From the human T2T-CHM13v2.0 reference genome, Homo sapiens: a stretch of DNA of 64,000 nt. Positions within the stretch are counted from its first letter, which is position 1; every line of letters begins with the position of its first letter. This document shows positions 47,301-62,130 of this stretch, in pieces. Position numbers and translations under genes: made by a program. The notes below the pieces were generated by a model, which was given only the letters and a program-made list of their open reading frames with translations, had not been told where the DNA came from and made no database searches. The stretch lies in assembly GCF_009914755.1 (NCBI RefSeq), contig NC_060930.1. One strand, 5' to 3'.

Positions 47301-48339
47301 ATGGTGAGGAGGGAGAGCAGGACCACTCAGTGGCAGGGAAGTTGGTAGGAGCCAGACTCACAGTTTTATAAGCCACATTAAATATTTAGCTTTTATGTTT
47401 ATTTCTTGAAATAAACACAATAGAATAATGGTTAATGATTGTGAAGTCCCAGATCAGATACCCTCATATTCAAATGTAAGTATTCAAAAGTAAGAAGCAA
47501 ATTCCAAAACCAGATTTCTACTATTCTCTGTCACATGAGAGATTGGTATTGAGTTCTCATTATGGCTTCTCCCAGATCAACATTTTAAAATTCCACAATT
47601 ATTTGCTCTGTCCAGATTGCCTTACTCCATTTTATTCAATGGGTTGTTAATGTTTTAAGTCATAAGTCAAGTAGATTGAAGAACAATTAGTCTAATCTTT
47701 CGGTTCCTATTTGATCAGACAGTACTCAGGTGGCAACTGAAAGCGAATTTTTAGAACTTCACCAATACTCATCTTATTTTATATATGTTAAGAAACCATA
47801 TCAGAAACTGTCATATTTGTGGAGTCTGATTCGGGTACTCATTGACACACAGAACCTCCTCAAGCTCAGAGAGAAGCATCTTCCCTGAACCCTCCCTATT
47901 TTGATTCATTTTTAATCTAACATTTTCTCTGCCATTGGGTACCTCTTGTTTGCTAATTTCATGGGATGCAACATCTGCAAAAGTCAGAATTTACCGAACT
48001 GGTTAAACAGTAATCTCCGTTTTAGACTAACCATTCAGCATTTTTCATTGGTCTGAACAGCTTACAATTTTTCTAAGAGCTGAGTACTTTCAGCCAAAAT
48101 TTGTCCACTACTGGGAGATACCTAGAAATGATGTAAGCTCAATCTGATAAACAATAAATGTTTCAAAACATGCAAATTCTTCCCCTTCTCTTTATATTAG
48201 AGTAAGCAAAGTTTGGAAAGTGCTTTGTATATGTAGGAATTCATCCAATTTCTCTTTTTATCCTACTCTTCTTTATATGTCTGATAAATTTTAAATCTCT
48301 TCCTTTATAAAAGAGTACTTGGTAACAAGAATGACTTAC

Positions 48340-48530
48340 CACACATCTGGGGTGACAGTGTCATTCTGGGATCGCCAGGTATGGGTTTCATAAATAGCTT
48401 CTCCATTGACTTTTAGCCAGGACCCCATTTGCCTCAGTCGCTCCTCAAAAACTACAGAAATGGTGCCATCTAGTGTGGGCCCAATATTCATCAAAAGATT
48501 TCCTCCACATGAAACTGTCTCTACAAGTTG
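48340..48530 (-). CDS. FUCA2: FUCA2 exon 5
   Basis: 191 nt; [63 protein letters not shown]. Confidence 0.96.
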
Positions 48531-48762
48531 CTAAAAAATTAAGAATAATGTTTTTAGATAAATAAAATAATTCCATCTTTAATGTGCTAATATGTTGCAT
48601 TTATATATTTATACATGTATATATAGTCACTGCCTAGAAGAACAAACACAGGATAGAACAATGTCCTATATTTATAGGCCATTGAGCCATAGAAGAAATA
48701 ATTCCTACATGACCACACTATTAAGAATATTATGTTAATAGCCACCAGACATTTCACTGTAC

Positions 48763-48973
48763 CTTCACCAATTCTTCAATTGTAAGATAGTCAGAGATTC
48801 CAGCTTCCCTCCTATAGCCCCAGGACAGTTTGTCTATTGTCATGCAGTTTTCCCATTTATGTGGCAAAAGATGTCCTGGGTTATAACGATCACTGCAGGT
48901 ATAGAAGCCACCATGCTTACAGATGCTACCAGCTCCCCAACGATCATTGGTGACTACTGTGCCCCGAACTGGG
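48763..48973 (-). CDS. FUCA2: FUCA2 exon 4
   Basis: 211 nt; [71 protein letters not shown]. Confidence 0.97.
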
Positions 48974-49084
48974 CTGAAATGAAACATACAATTTTTTAAA
49001 ACAAAAGGTATAAGCTTTTTATACAAAAAGAAATGTCACTGAAAAGACATGTAATTGAAATACAATTCTGAAAAGGGACCATGG

Positions 49085-49290
49085 CATAGTACAGTGGAAA
49101 GCCCATGGTTTTGAAGTCAAACAGACCTGAGTTGATTGGAGTTCTGGCTTTGTCACTTTCTAGCTCCCAGACCTAGAGCAAATTACCTGACTCCTCTGAA
49201 TAATGAATTTCCTCATCTATGATTAGAACAAAAATAAGTTATGTAAAACATTAGCCTGGTACCCAGCACATATAGCACTCATAAGAGTAT
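49085..49290 (+). mobile_element. MIR
   Basis: gcatagtacagtggaaagc...agcaaattacctgactcctctgaa...tttcctcatctat core. Confidence 0.65.
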
Positions 49291-50320
49291 TATATGAATA
49301 TTTTAAGCTCCCTTCCATATTGTAAATGGTAGCCAAAACTGAATTTATACCCAAGACACTTTTCTTTTCAATGATTCAATGATCTCATACATGTAGTCTA
49401 GCCTTTCTTTTTCTCTTACCATTGTGCCTAATATTGAAAAATCTCAGAAAATTTGACTGTTGATATCATGTGAAATATCCCCACAATATTGCTTATCATA
49501 GCAGGTGGCATATTTAAGAGGGAAATACACGCCACATAGAGGGAACAGTTTTGAGTCACAAATTGAAGTGATGGCTCCCAGTTTTTTCCCTTGGAAGGAG
49601 TACCTGGACACACTGCTGTTTTAAGTATCAAGAGTTCTTCAGAATATTTGTATTTGTGCCCTTTGTGGGCCCAGGAAGTGCAAGCAGAAGGTTGCCTGAC
49701 TTCGTAGCACAATACCCAGTGCTTTCTAGTGTACATGCAAATTTGGTCCATATAGTTTAAGCCTAATGGAGGAGTTTAATCAGAACTCCCTGTTCTAATA
49801 GGGCAGCCTTGAACATACCAGGAAGCAATAGGAAAAAACTGGAGAAAGTGAAAAGGCTGCGATGAAGGAAAAGAGGAGACAAACAAGGGTGACATTGGCT
49901 GGGCAGCAAAGATGACCAAAAGGTAAGAGGATAAAAAGAAGCAGTCTGCGGGATTCAGAAGCAAATAGTCAGAAATAGTGATGAAGAAACAGAGTTGTCC
50001 CAGAATAGAGGCCATAAAGGACCAGGGTAGGAGAGAAAAAGGGGGGACCCACAAAATTAACACCTTCAAAGTTCTTGATCCTGTGATTTTTAGTCTGATC
50101 TCAAAATCAGACCATTGAGTTGGATTTTACTCCTGATTTATTTACCCTTGATTATGTTGAGTAAATAGTGATATATCTAATAAGTATTATTTACAATGAT
50201 TTTCTCCCCCCATACCACCAATGACTTAAAATGAAATATTTCAAGAGGTGAAGGAATTAAAATGTTAGAAATATATTAGGAATATGGAGGGTAACTGCAG
50301 CAATCTCATAGCATACACAC

Positions 50321-50660
50321 CTTTCATTATATAACCAGGCCAAGAAGCCTGTGCTGTTCCAGTATTGATCCGGTGCTCCTCCGTCACCATCCGACCACAG
50401 AACCTCAGGCTGATAGTTGTTCACTAACTCATAGAGCTCTGGCAATGTCTTAGAAACTGGAAATTGCCGCTTATGGAATGAACTGGATTCATCCTCAAGG
50501 AAGAGCGGATGAAACCATTCAAAAAGGGAATAGTACAGTCCAAAACGCAGGTCAGTTCTGTTCCTAATGGCTACCTCAAGTTCCTTGACAATGTCCCTCT
50601 TGGGCCCCTCATCTATGGCATTCCAGTTCCACGAATATTCTGACCCCCACAAGGTAAAGC
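50321..50660 (-). CDS. FUCA2: FUCA2 exon 3 (contains WSDGD catalytic nucleophile motif)
   Basis: 340 nt; [15 protein letters not shown]...[31 protein letters not shown]. Confidence 0.97.
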
Positions 50661-51715
50661 CTAGAAAATTATAGTGAAAACCCTTGTAAGCATGTCAACT
50701 TTATTTTAGTAAATTTCAACCCACACAAATGCCCAAACAAATCACATAGTACATGCGATATATAAATACCTGCTCCTACAAATGACTGTTTTATGGCCAT
50801 TTTTTCATAGCATATATTGTGCTTTTATATGAGAAGTGAGAATTTAAACAAGGTGAGACAGGTTTTTAAAAGCAACTTTCAGGGTATATCACTGTACGGT
50901 CTGATCTATCTCCAGTATTTTCCCTCTTAGATTTTAAGGTCCTTAAGGGATTGCATCATGTCTGCAGTGCTCCCTGCTATGTCTCCAGCCAACTGCTAGC
51001 ACAAGGTATAAACAATCAACAATAGCAGCTCACAACTAAGATGGGAACATATACATGTACCATGCTAAATGATGACTACCACTATTTATTATGAAGATCC
51101 TGAGATGCACTCCTGCAAGATTCTTAGTGTCTTCTAAACCAAAGCTTGAAGTCTACTGCTTAGTTTTAGGATTGTTTATTTTATTATAGTGTGATTCTTA
51201 GAACACTGGTGATCCACGTATAGCAAATCTCTTTTAGCCTGATTATTTATTTAACCAGAGGGGCAAAAAAAAACCCCTACTATTCCCAATAGTTCTATAC
51301 TTTAAAATATACTCACCACGTGTAATCTCATCCTACTATAAAATCATAAGCTTGGATGTTCCTCTTTAATAAAATTACCCAAAAGTGAATAGTCTACCAA
51401 CTACATAGATAAGAAAAACAATGTATACCTTTATACAAACACTTAGAAGTGGTTCGTTTTTAAGAGGAATTTGTATTTAGATTACTGATTGTTCCATATA
51501 AAAATGTTAGAAGAGATATATAAACTGAAATACTTAAAACATAATAAATATGAAAGCCTCAAAAATTTCATCAGTGCCTAGAGACTTAAATACATTGTTA
51601 CTATTCCACTAAAATCTAAAAGAATCTTTGAGAATAGACATTTATAAGGTACATTTGGTGAAACATTTTACTCTTGGTAAATTAGAACAAGTCTAAGAAT
51701 GACTCATACTTTCGA

Positions 51716-52024
51716 TTTTTTTTTTTTTTTTTTTTTTTTTGAGACAGGTTCTGGCTCTGTCACCCAGGCTGGAGTTCAGTGGTGCGAACTTCGCTCACTG
51801 CATCCTCGACCTCCTGGGCTCAAGTGATGCTCCCACCTCAGCCTACCAAGTAGCTAGGACTACAGGTGTGTACTCCACCACGCCCAGCTAATTTTGTCTA
51901 TTTTTTCAGAGACAGGGTCTCACTTTGCTGCCTAGGCCAGTCTCAAACTCCTGGCCTCAAGCAATCCTCCTTCCTTGGCCTCCCAAAGTGTTGGAATTAT
52001 AGATGTGAGCCACTGCACCTAGCC
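51716..52024 (-). mobile_element. AluJ
   Basis: T25 tail then reverse-complement Alu. Confidence 0.9.
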
Positions 52025-52601
52025 TTAGATTCATTTTAATAAGCTTTTTAAAACAGCTCACTCTTGTTCCTATCATTTCTGTGGTAAGCTTCAGAGCAGT
52101 GTTGATATCTAAAGTCATACTCAAAGTTACTCAACTTGACAGGCCCTAATGTCAGACAGTACTAAAACCACTTGAGTCTTCATTTGAATATCACCACCAT
52201 AAGCTTACACTGCGACGTTCCTTCCTGAGCTTAGTATGCATTTTCCATGAGCAATGAAAACATCTGACAACATGGGTCCCAGAAAATGTATACATGTGGG
52301 CTACATCATCTCTCCTCACAGTTTGATTAACAATTTTTATTAAATAAACTCACTATGTAATGTTTTGTGCCATACAGCTTGGGAAAGTTCCTAGACATCA
52401 GGAAATCAGCATGTTCTCAAGCAAATACACTTGATAGACATTCATCTCAGCAGGATAAATATCTACAGGAGAAAATCATGAAGCTACCAGAATGTGGCCA
52501 AAGGGAAAAATATCCTATGATCATTCCAGATTTTTTGTGTTGGTTCTCCTCTCCTATTCCCATCCCATCCCTGGAGAAAACAATAAGGCAAAGTTTCCCG
52601 T

Positions 52602-52983
<382 letters not shown>

Positions 52984-53644
52984 TAATGCTTCCCTGGCCT
53001 TACAAATACTGGAGTGGTAATGGGTGGAATCCATTCTATTAAAATAGAATGGATTTTAAATGTGTGGGGGTTTAGATATTCTTCTACCACCTCTGATTTT
53101 TCTGGAAACCATTACAGTTCCACAATCCTTTTCCCTCCAGGTGATCTGGGTCACTTTCATCACTTTCATCACTATCAGTTCATCCACTATTTGCACCATT
53201 TGGCCAGCTAAGAGTTGGCTAAAAGTGCAGCCAGGTGTGTCGTAATGATGCAAGACTATAGCAGTATAATCCCCATGATGCATTCACAGGATGCATTACA
53301 GAGAAGGGGAAGGAAAGAGTGCAATTCCAAGATGAACTTTGACTTGCAACCCACACTCCCTTCAACAAACAGCTTTAAGTAAATCTTGGAAATATTGTTC
53401 AAAATACATGTGACAAAACGTGACCATCTTTCCTCTGTTACGTGGCGGGTATGATCCTTTCTGTATTCCTAACATCTCTCAATTTGGGTTGAATGTGCAG
53501 TCCCTAAGTCATAAGCAAGTGCCAGTCACCACTTATGGTTGCTCCGAAGAGAAAATTAGACCTTGCTTTAGTTTTTTCTTCCAAAAGAACAACTTTTCAT
53601 TTCTTAACCATTGTCAGCAATTTCCATAGGCTGGATTGACTTAC

Positions 53645-53832
53645 CTTCATGATGTTTGGAAGTTAAGACAATGTATTTGGCACCAGAGGCCTGAAAAATA
53701 TCTGCCCACTGGTTGGCATTAAAAAATTTTGCTGTAAATAGTGGTCCAAAATCTTCATATTTGAAACTAGGAGGGTAATTATCTTTCATAAATTCCACAT
53801 ACTTCGGTATCTTTTCCTTTTGCCAATACCAC
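53645..53832 (-). CDS. FUCA2: FUCA2 exon 2
   Basis: 188 nt, ag/gt flanks; [62 protein letters not shown] (GH29 motif). Confidence 0.97.
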
Positions 53833-54084
53833 CTAAGGGGAGGAAAGGAAAGAGTGCATAAACAGCACATACACACATATTTAAAAGAACTGCTCCAGCT
53901 CCCCTTACCATTTACCCCTCACACAGATAGGACCCAGATTCTCTTTCTCACTTCCCCATTAGTTTGACTTGGCTTTAAAGATAGCTTATGCAAACTAAAC
54001 CCCCTCTCATTTTCCACCTATCCCCCTGTGATATCCACTCAGCTCATAAACTAGAGCATTCTAGGCAACTCAGCTACCCATTCT

Positions 54085-54375
54085 CTCTTTTTTTTAAGAC
54101 AGGGTCTCACTCTGTCACTCAGGTTGGAATGCAGTAATGGAATCATGGTTCACTGCAACCTTGACCTCCTGTGCTCAAGCAATCCTCTCGCCTTAGCCTC
54201 CTGAGTAGCTAGGACCACAGGCACGTGCCACCACACCTGGCTATTTTTTTTTTCTTTGTAGAGATGTGGTTTCCATATGTTGCCCAGGCTGGTCTTAAAC
54301 TCCTGGGCTCAAGCGATCTTCCTGCTTCAGTCTCCCGAAGTGTTAGGATTACAGGCATGAGTCACCGTGTCCAGC
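54085..54375 (-). mobile_element. AluJ with flanking repeat cccattctct
   Basis: Reverse-complement dimeric Alu. Confidence 0.88.
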
Positions 54376-54864
54376 CCCATTCTCTTTTAATTCTTCACTT
54401 TTAAATCACAACATGTAGTATATGTCTTTACACATTGTCCCTTGTAACATAAGTGATTAGGGCTTCTAAAAGGAAGACTACATGCCTAAAACATAATATG
54501 CATCTATTATATTCAGTAGTAGAGAACACTTTGGAGGCACAGGACAGAAAGGGAGGCAAAAGTAAAATTAAAAAGATGCTGTTATTTTAATAAATGGACT
54601 CAACCTTCAACAATTACTTGCTATACGCATTCATTCTAAGCAATGGTATATTGACCCTAAACTGCGTAAGCAAGACTTCATGAGGAAAAGCACATCTACA
54701 CATTTTAGATAAACACAGCAGTAACTATCCTCATGAAATAGATGCAACCCCCATTTTTGACCCACCTCCTGCTTTTTCTATCACCATTCCTTTCATATGA
54801 GTATTTCTACAGGATAAGCAAATCCATAATCAGCACTATATTTCCCAAGACGATCAGGAGACTC

Positions 54865-55442
54865 TGCTAAGAAGAAATAATTGAAGGGCATACTATGCGG
54901 CAGGCATGCTGTTTGCCTGCCCAAAAGTCGTATTTACGTAATTTCCCAGCTTCCACTACAGCTGCGACAGGGATGTGAGATCCATGCTGGCCAAGGGAAC
55001 TTGAGGGAAAGCCAACTTTGGGGACTGTGGAAATGGTTTCCCTCCTAATGAAAAGAGACACTGGCCTTCCTGCCTTTGGGCAGGGTTGTGTGAAGTTATG
55101 GTGCCTGGCTGCCATCCTGTGACCATGAAGGGACAAGTCCCCAGGCTGAGGATGAAAGAAAGAGCCCGTGTCTTTGATTTCATCAATGAACCGACTACTC
55201 TAAATTTCCTGTTATGTGAGATAACAAGCCCCTATCATTATACCTTTTAGTTGGGTTTAAAATCCTTGAAGCATTTTTATTATTTATTTATTTATTATTG
55301 ATTAATTGATTGGTTGAGACAGGGTCTTGCTCCATTACCCAGTTTGGAGTGCAGTGTCATGATCATACCACACCACAGCCTTGAACTCCTGGGCTCAAGC
55401 GATCGTCCCACCTCACCCTCCTGAGTATCTGGGACTACGGGC
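54865..55442. mobile_element. Old MLT1 LTR (54865-55270) followed by an Alu right arm (55275-55442, - strand)
   Basis: gctgccatcctgtgaccatgaagggacaag...cctgttatgtgagataac MLT1 motifs; Alu motifs. Confidence 0.6.
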
Positions 55443-56783
55443 ATTACATTTTAAATTGAACTGCAAAAGAGAAACTGGGACATTCAGAAAGTTGAACAAG
55501 AATAAGGAATTTCTCCTAGCATCATCTAATTTGAACCTGCACTGTCCCCTACAGTCTAGACTTGAATTTCATGCTGAGAGATGAAAAGAGGCATTTATGG
55601 TAAAGGTCTATCATTTATATTTGGTTTTTAATAGACATTTAAAACAGTCACATATACTCATCTATACTGTTGATTCCCCGAAAGTCAAATTGAGAGTGAG
55701 GAGCAGAGGATACAAAGGGAAATCACAGGTAATTAAAGAATCTTCCACAGGGTTAATGCATTTTCAGATCATCAGGAATCTGTTCTCTATTTTGTTTAGT
55801 ATGAGAAGTATCTTTATTATTCTAGGTCAAAATAACCATGGGTTTATCTGTAGAAAATGAAGTTATTCATAGCAAAGAATAAAATGACTCAAAACTAGCT
55901 GTTTTATTTTGGCATAGTACTAGTCTCAGTCAAAAATGTCAAATCCTCTTTGGCACCAATATATCTTTACCTAATCTTCATGGTTGAACAAAATGATAAT
56001 ATAAGATACAATTTAGGGGGAAGAAAGTTGTTAATTATGTACCACACTAATCTAAAATATTTCCAAAACAAGCTCAAGATTCCTTACAGCCCAAAACATG
56101 CAAATAAAGATTTGTAACATCTTTTTGAAGTAGCTATGTTTTGGCATAAGAATAAAGAGTCTCTGTTTTAGAAGGTGAATTATTTAAAATATGAATAATT
56201 CTCCATAGCTTATCCAGTTTTATTTTTTACATCAATTGACCTACCAATAAGAAAGGTTACTGGTTGCAGGTAGTCAATTTCTTTGTCATGAAAGGGTTAA
56301 AATATGCTATTTTGGCACATTTTTAAAGGTAAAGAAACTCGAAAAATAGCAGGTGCATGAAGAGCACTTTGCCCTTTGTGCTGTTTCTTAGGAGAGAAGA
56401 TGAAATTCCAGTATGAAAGGCACTCTGTACTAGAAGGAAAGGCAACATCCTAAGCTTCAAAGACAAGAAGTAGAATACTGTACAGAACTTGCTAAAATTT
56501 ATTATTTAAGTCTCCCCACATAATTTAGTCACACAATGTCAATTTAATTCTTGGACCCAGCAGAGACCCTAACAGAATGGAGGTGTAATTTTTCTACCCC
56601 TAGAGTAGAGCATGGTACCATGTATACTATGTAATGTTAATATAATATATAGTTCATACTCTGTATTGTGTCTACTAAATATAGTATGTTAATTTGGATG
56701 TATACTATTTATGTAGTATATAGTTGATTCAAATAAATACTGTTTAATGATTCCGTTCTTTTACTTAAGAATATATTATGTGT

Positions 56784-57060
<277 letters not shown>

Positions 57061-57639
57061 AAGAATATATTATGTGTATGTTTCTATATATGCACACAAA
57101 ATATTTCTGTTTTGAAGGACTTAATACTTGTAGCATTTAGTCAGAAAAGACATGTGCAACAGTTTAAGAAATTACATGCACATTTTCACATAGATCTCAA
57201 GGTAAAATCTAACGCACAGATTTTTGTGTAGCACCTTTCATACGGCAGTATGATAACTGGGTTGTGTTAAGAGTACCATTCTAGAACCTCTTTAAAAAGT
57301 TCCTAGAGCCACACATGGGTAACATGTTAACATTAAGTAGCCAATGGTGTTCAATGAACAGTCGTTTCACATACTCATGACTATGTTTTAACCATAACTT
57401 CATGGCAGAACGACTGTAAATTGGCAGGTAGCAGCAGAGCAACCATAGGCCATTGTGCCTGAGTCACCGCTCGTGTGATGCCCCTGCACAAACTGATGAA
57501 TGTCTGTAGTAGCTCGATGTTGTAGTGTCATAACTACAGCTTAATATGCGCAACTATGAAGAAGCTGAGGAGTCAGGAGTATCTGAAAACTCTTACAGTC
57601 ACACGGAAGAAAAATTCCCTGTTCATCCAGCAGAAGCAC

Positions 57640-58450
57640 TTAGGCAGGAAACCACATATTCGACACCCGGAAGTGCGAAACGCGGGTAACGCAGTGGGAG
57701 GTGAAACCGACGAGGGTGCAGGCAGCACCAGGCGGCGAACCAGGCCCGCTGGGTGGTGGCTGGAGGCTGCGGGTGGGGACAAAAGCGCGGCAGACGAGAC
57801 AAAAGGGAGCGCACTCACCAGAACCACTCGCTACCGAAGCTGGGCACGGAAAACACTCCCCAGTGGATGAAGATGCCGAACTTGGCCTGGTCAAACCACG
57901 CGGGCAGCTGGCGGGCGTCCAGGGACTCCCAGGTGGGGTCGAAGCGCGTGGCGCTGTGGGCAGGGCACGGCGGCGGCGGCAGCAGCAGCAACAGCAACAG
58001 CAGCAACGGGAACGCGAGCCTGGGGAGCTCCTGGGGCCGCATGTCCCGGCGCAGGCCGGCTGTCCTCTCTGCAGGCTCCCGCGGCCTCGGGAGCGCTGTT
58101 CTTCCGTCTCTGCCGCTGAGTATGCCGCGCCGCGGTCACCTGACCAAGTCGGACTTGGAAACCGGCCACCCTTCCCCCTCTGGGGCGGGAGTGGCCACTC
58201 TCCCGGGCGTTCCGAATGACCTCAGGAGGGCTGCATCGCTCAGCATAACTAAGGCCAGCATTACCCCAAAGCCAGCTGGGACGGCTTTGCTAAGGCTCTG
58301 TCCTCTTGAGGGGAAAATATGAGTCTGAGTCAGGGCCTTGTGGCCAGCGCCTCTGCCCTCAAGCAGACACGACCCTGACCAAGAAACTGCCCAAGAAGAC
58401 AATGCCCCCAGCCCACCCTGGTGGCTGCTCCACACGTCCGAAGCGTGCAC
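57640..58450 (-). promoter_or_regulatory. FUCA2: FUCA2 CpG-island promoter; GC box 58182-58189, ETS site CCGGAAGTG 57667-57675
   Basis: Sharp rise in GC and CpG density around exon 1; GGGGCGGG motif; no TATA box seen. Confidence 0.85.
57819..58042 (-). CDS. FUCA2: FUCA2 exon 1 (alpha-L-fucosidase 2, GH29), signal peptide
   Basis: ATG at 58042; [74 protein letters not shown]; donor TG|gtgag. Confidence 0.97.
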
Positions 58451-58559
58451 GAGAAGGTCAAGGCAGGAACTTCAGCCGGGTCTCGCCATGATGGAACATG
58501 GAAAGCAACCTAGATCCTTCTCGGCCTCTGTATCAGCTCCCAAGATCCTGCATGTTAGA

Positions 58560-59040
<481 letters not shown>

Positions 59041-59180
59041 ATTGAACAAGGAGATGATCTGAGACAGGTGAAACCAGTGGAATGAATGTTTAAGAAACCT
59101 GCAAGCTTGGGAAAAAAGGCCAGCAACTTGGAAAGATTAATCAAAAGGATATTTGGGAAGCTTATCACCTCCACCTCTTG

Positions 59181-59628
<448 letters not shown>

Positions 59629-60150
59629 TGAAGCTTTCTGCCACCACCCTTCCCTCCCAGAATGTTGTACTTTCCCTGATCTGCTTCATAACACCTCCTT
59701 CCAAGCACACATAGGATTTCACGCATCCTCTAGTAGCTAGGTGGTACAGGTCTGATTTCCCATCAGACTGTGAGCTTTTTGAGGGCATTCATAATGACCT
59801 TCTTTTCTGTAGTGCCTACAATTACAGCAGAAAAGCAGCACTCAAAATGTTTGTTGAAGCTCTCCAGTGAACTGGGGTTCTAATTATTGAGTGAAGAACT
59901 TGACACTAAGTGGCTGTTGCCTGCATTATCCCAACCCATCTCTGCAGAGAGATGGGAGCAGCAGAGGGCGCTGTCACTGCAGGTGTAGGGGCATTTTTCC
60001 TCTCCATGACATGCCAGATGGCCCCCCGGGGCCACAGCTCCACCGTAAGAGTCCCCAATTTTGTTTTGTTTTTTTACAGTGAGGGTGTTCTAGAGGAAAG
60101 GGCTCAACGAATCCAATTGCAATAGCTCCAGTTTGTGATAAAGATGACAA

Positions 60151-60424
60151 TTTTTTTTTATTTGAGACAGAGTCTGGTTCTGTTGCCCAGGCTGGAGTGC
60201 AGTGGCACAGTGTTGACTCACTGCCACCTCCACCCCCGGGGATTCAAGCAATTATCGTGTCTCAGCCTCCCGAGTAGCTGGGATTACAGACCCCAACCTC
60301 CAGCTAACTTTTGTATTTTCACCATGTTGGCAAGGCTGGTTTTGAACCCCTGATCTCAAGTCATCCTCCTGCCTCAGCCTCTCAAAGTGCTGGGATTACA
60401 GGCATGAGCCACGGTGCCTGGGCT
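60151..60424 (-). mobile_element. AluS with internal deletions
   Basis: Reverse-complement Alu. Confidence 0.85.
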
Positions 60425-61994
60425 GACAAATATTTATTATTGAGTTTGTGGAACCCAGAATGATCTAGGGCCTCAGTGGCCACTGAACCCTGGGGCACAC
60501 TTGAACAAAAATATGGGCTTCTCAGCCACTATGCCTTGACATCCTCTCTAATCAGAAGTTTGTGTAATAAGTGCAAAAGACAATATTCACAGTGACAATG
60601 ATACTGTGAACTGCCATAGGGAGAGTAGACATGACTGTGGTGACAATGCAGCGGCAGCAGGACCCTGTCCTCTCATAAGTGGGCATCCTTTCCCCATGTG
60701 AACACCACATAGCAGAAACGCCCATCTTCCAAAGCCCTTTTATCATGTTATGAATTATTTACACTTCCATATATTTCAGTTAAAGAGTGGTAATCAGATC
60801 TGTATGGATGCCACTTGGGTCATTTGTCATTTCACTTGAAGGCAAAGAAATGTTTTTAACTGGTAAGTACAACCTTATCATAAAAGTCTATTTTCTGTAA
60901 GAAATACTGAAAATATATTAAAGACCTCCCTTAGTGCCCTTCAGGACACATAAGAATCCTAATATACCAGGTTGGGAACCATTGCTATAGGATTTGAAAG
61001 GAATAGTAAATAGTATTATCTGAAAGTGAAGAGGAAGAAGAGATTCTACTTAAAAATATTTGTTAAATGACTGAAAGAAATAAATCTATGAAGTCGTTTA
61101 GAACATGGTCCTTTAGGGAAAGACCTGCCTGCTGTAGATTCCATTCACATTTTATACGTTTGTAATGCCTTACAAAGCTAGTCTTTGCACTTAAAGCTAC
61201 TGCTAACTGAGCAATAGAATCACACCTCATAAGGCTTAAACTGTGTATTTAAAGGTTTTGATAGGGGATCCAGAAATCTGAGTGAAACCCTGGGTTCTGC
61301 AGGTACACATGGCTCATGTATAAGGCATTTGAAGGGCTTGTGGCCTTGATGGGGAACACTGTCAACTCTGATCCTGTTTGTCTGAGGTTACTTGGGGTAC
61401 AAGATGAAGACAGAAGGGCGTGCCTCCCTTCTGGAACCATCACGGCCAGCAGCCGCATGTTGGGCAGCTGCTGATACTCAGGGTGCCCAGGCGGGAGATG
61501 GTGAGAGGCCAGCCCTAGCCAAATTCCTTGCTGCTGCCAGAGGAAGCAGTCTTGCCATGTGTGTCCACAGGGATAAGATTAGCTGCCGAGGTGGAGCTGA
61601 TATCTGAGCGAGGCTCTCGAGGACACATTCTGGATAGATCTCCATATGGGAGTTGGATGACTGCCACCAGCCAGTCTTGGCAGTCCCCAGAATTCTTCTG
61701 AAGTGGACAGTGGAAGAAGTGAAACATTTGCCTGGCAGCTGGCATCAATGCAGTCTCTCTCTGGACATGCAGAAGAAAAGGTTCAAAAGGAACTGAACCC
61801 AATCCAGTCTTTATTTGGTAAATATCCCAGCTTCACGGTAGAAGAGCAGGCATGGGGGAAATAAAAGAAAACCCGCCTTTTTCAGGCCAGGGGGCAGGGA
61901 AGAGAAGCAGAGAGGAATAAAGGGAGGAGGCCCCGGGGTGTCAGCAGAGAGGGGAGAGCTGCCAGGCTGTGGCCCCACGCCAGCCTCTGCCATA

Positions 61995-62130
61995 GGGCTG
62001 TGTAATCCTGGGGAAGGCGTTCAACCTCTCTGTGCCTCAGTTTCTTCACCTATTAAATGTGAGTGATAATCGTGCATCTCCCTCCTAGGGGTGTTGTGAG
62101 AATTAAATCATGAGAAGTACATGTTAAGCC
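61995..62130 (+). mobile_element. MIR core
   Basis: aacctctctgtgcctcagtttcttcacctattaaatg...ttgtgagaattaaat. Confidence 0.7.

Noticed and set aside
53128-53140. Strong + strand splice acceptor (cttttccctccag) antisense in FUCA2 intron 2
   Set aside because: No paired donor or transcript evidence visible; such motifs are common by chance
58134-58145. Estrogen response element
   Set aside because: GGTCA/TGACC spacer is 2 nt, not the required 3
57556-58450. Several long overlapping ORFs (172 aa with polyQ, 189 aa, 104 aa) around FUCA2 exon 1
   Set aside because: Shadow frames of a GC-rich, stop-poor CpG island; the polyQ is the antisense of the Leu-repeat signal peptide
60473-60486. 14-bp palindrome tcagtggccactga
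   Set aside because: A single short palindrome with no supporting context; near chance level in 64 kb
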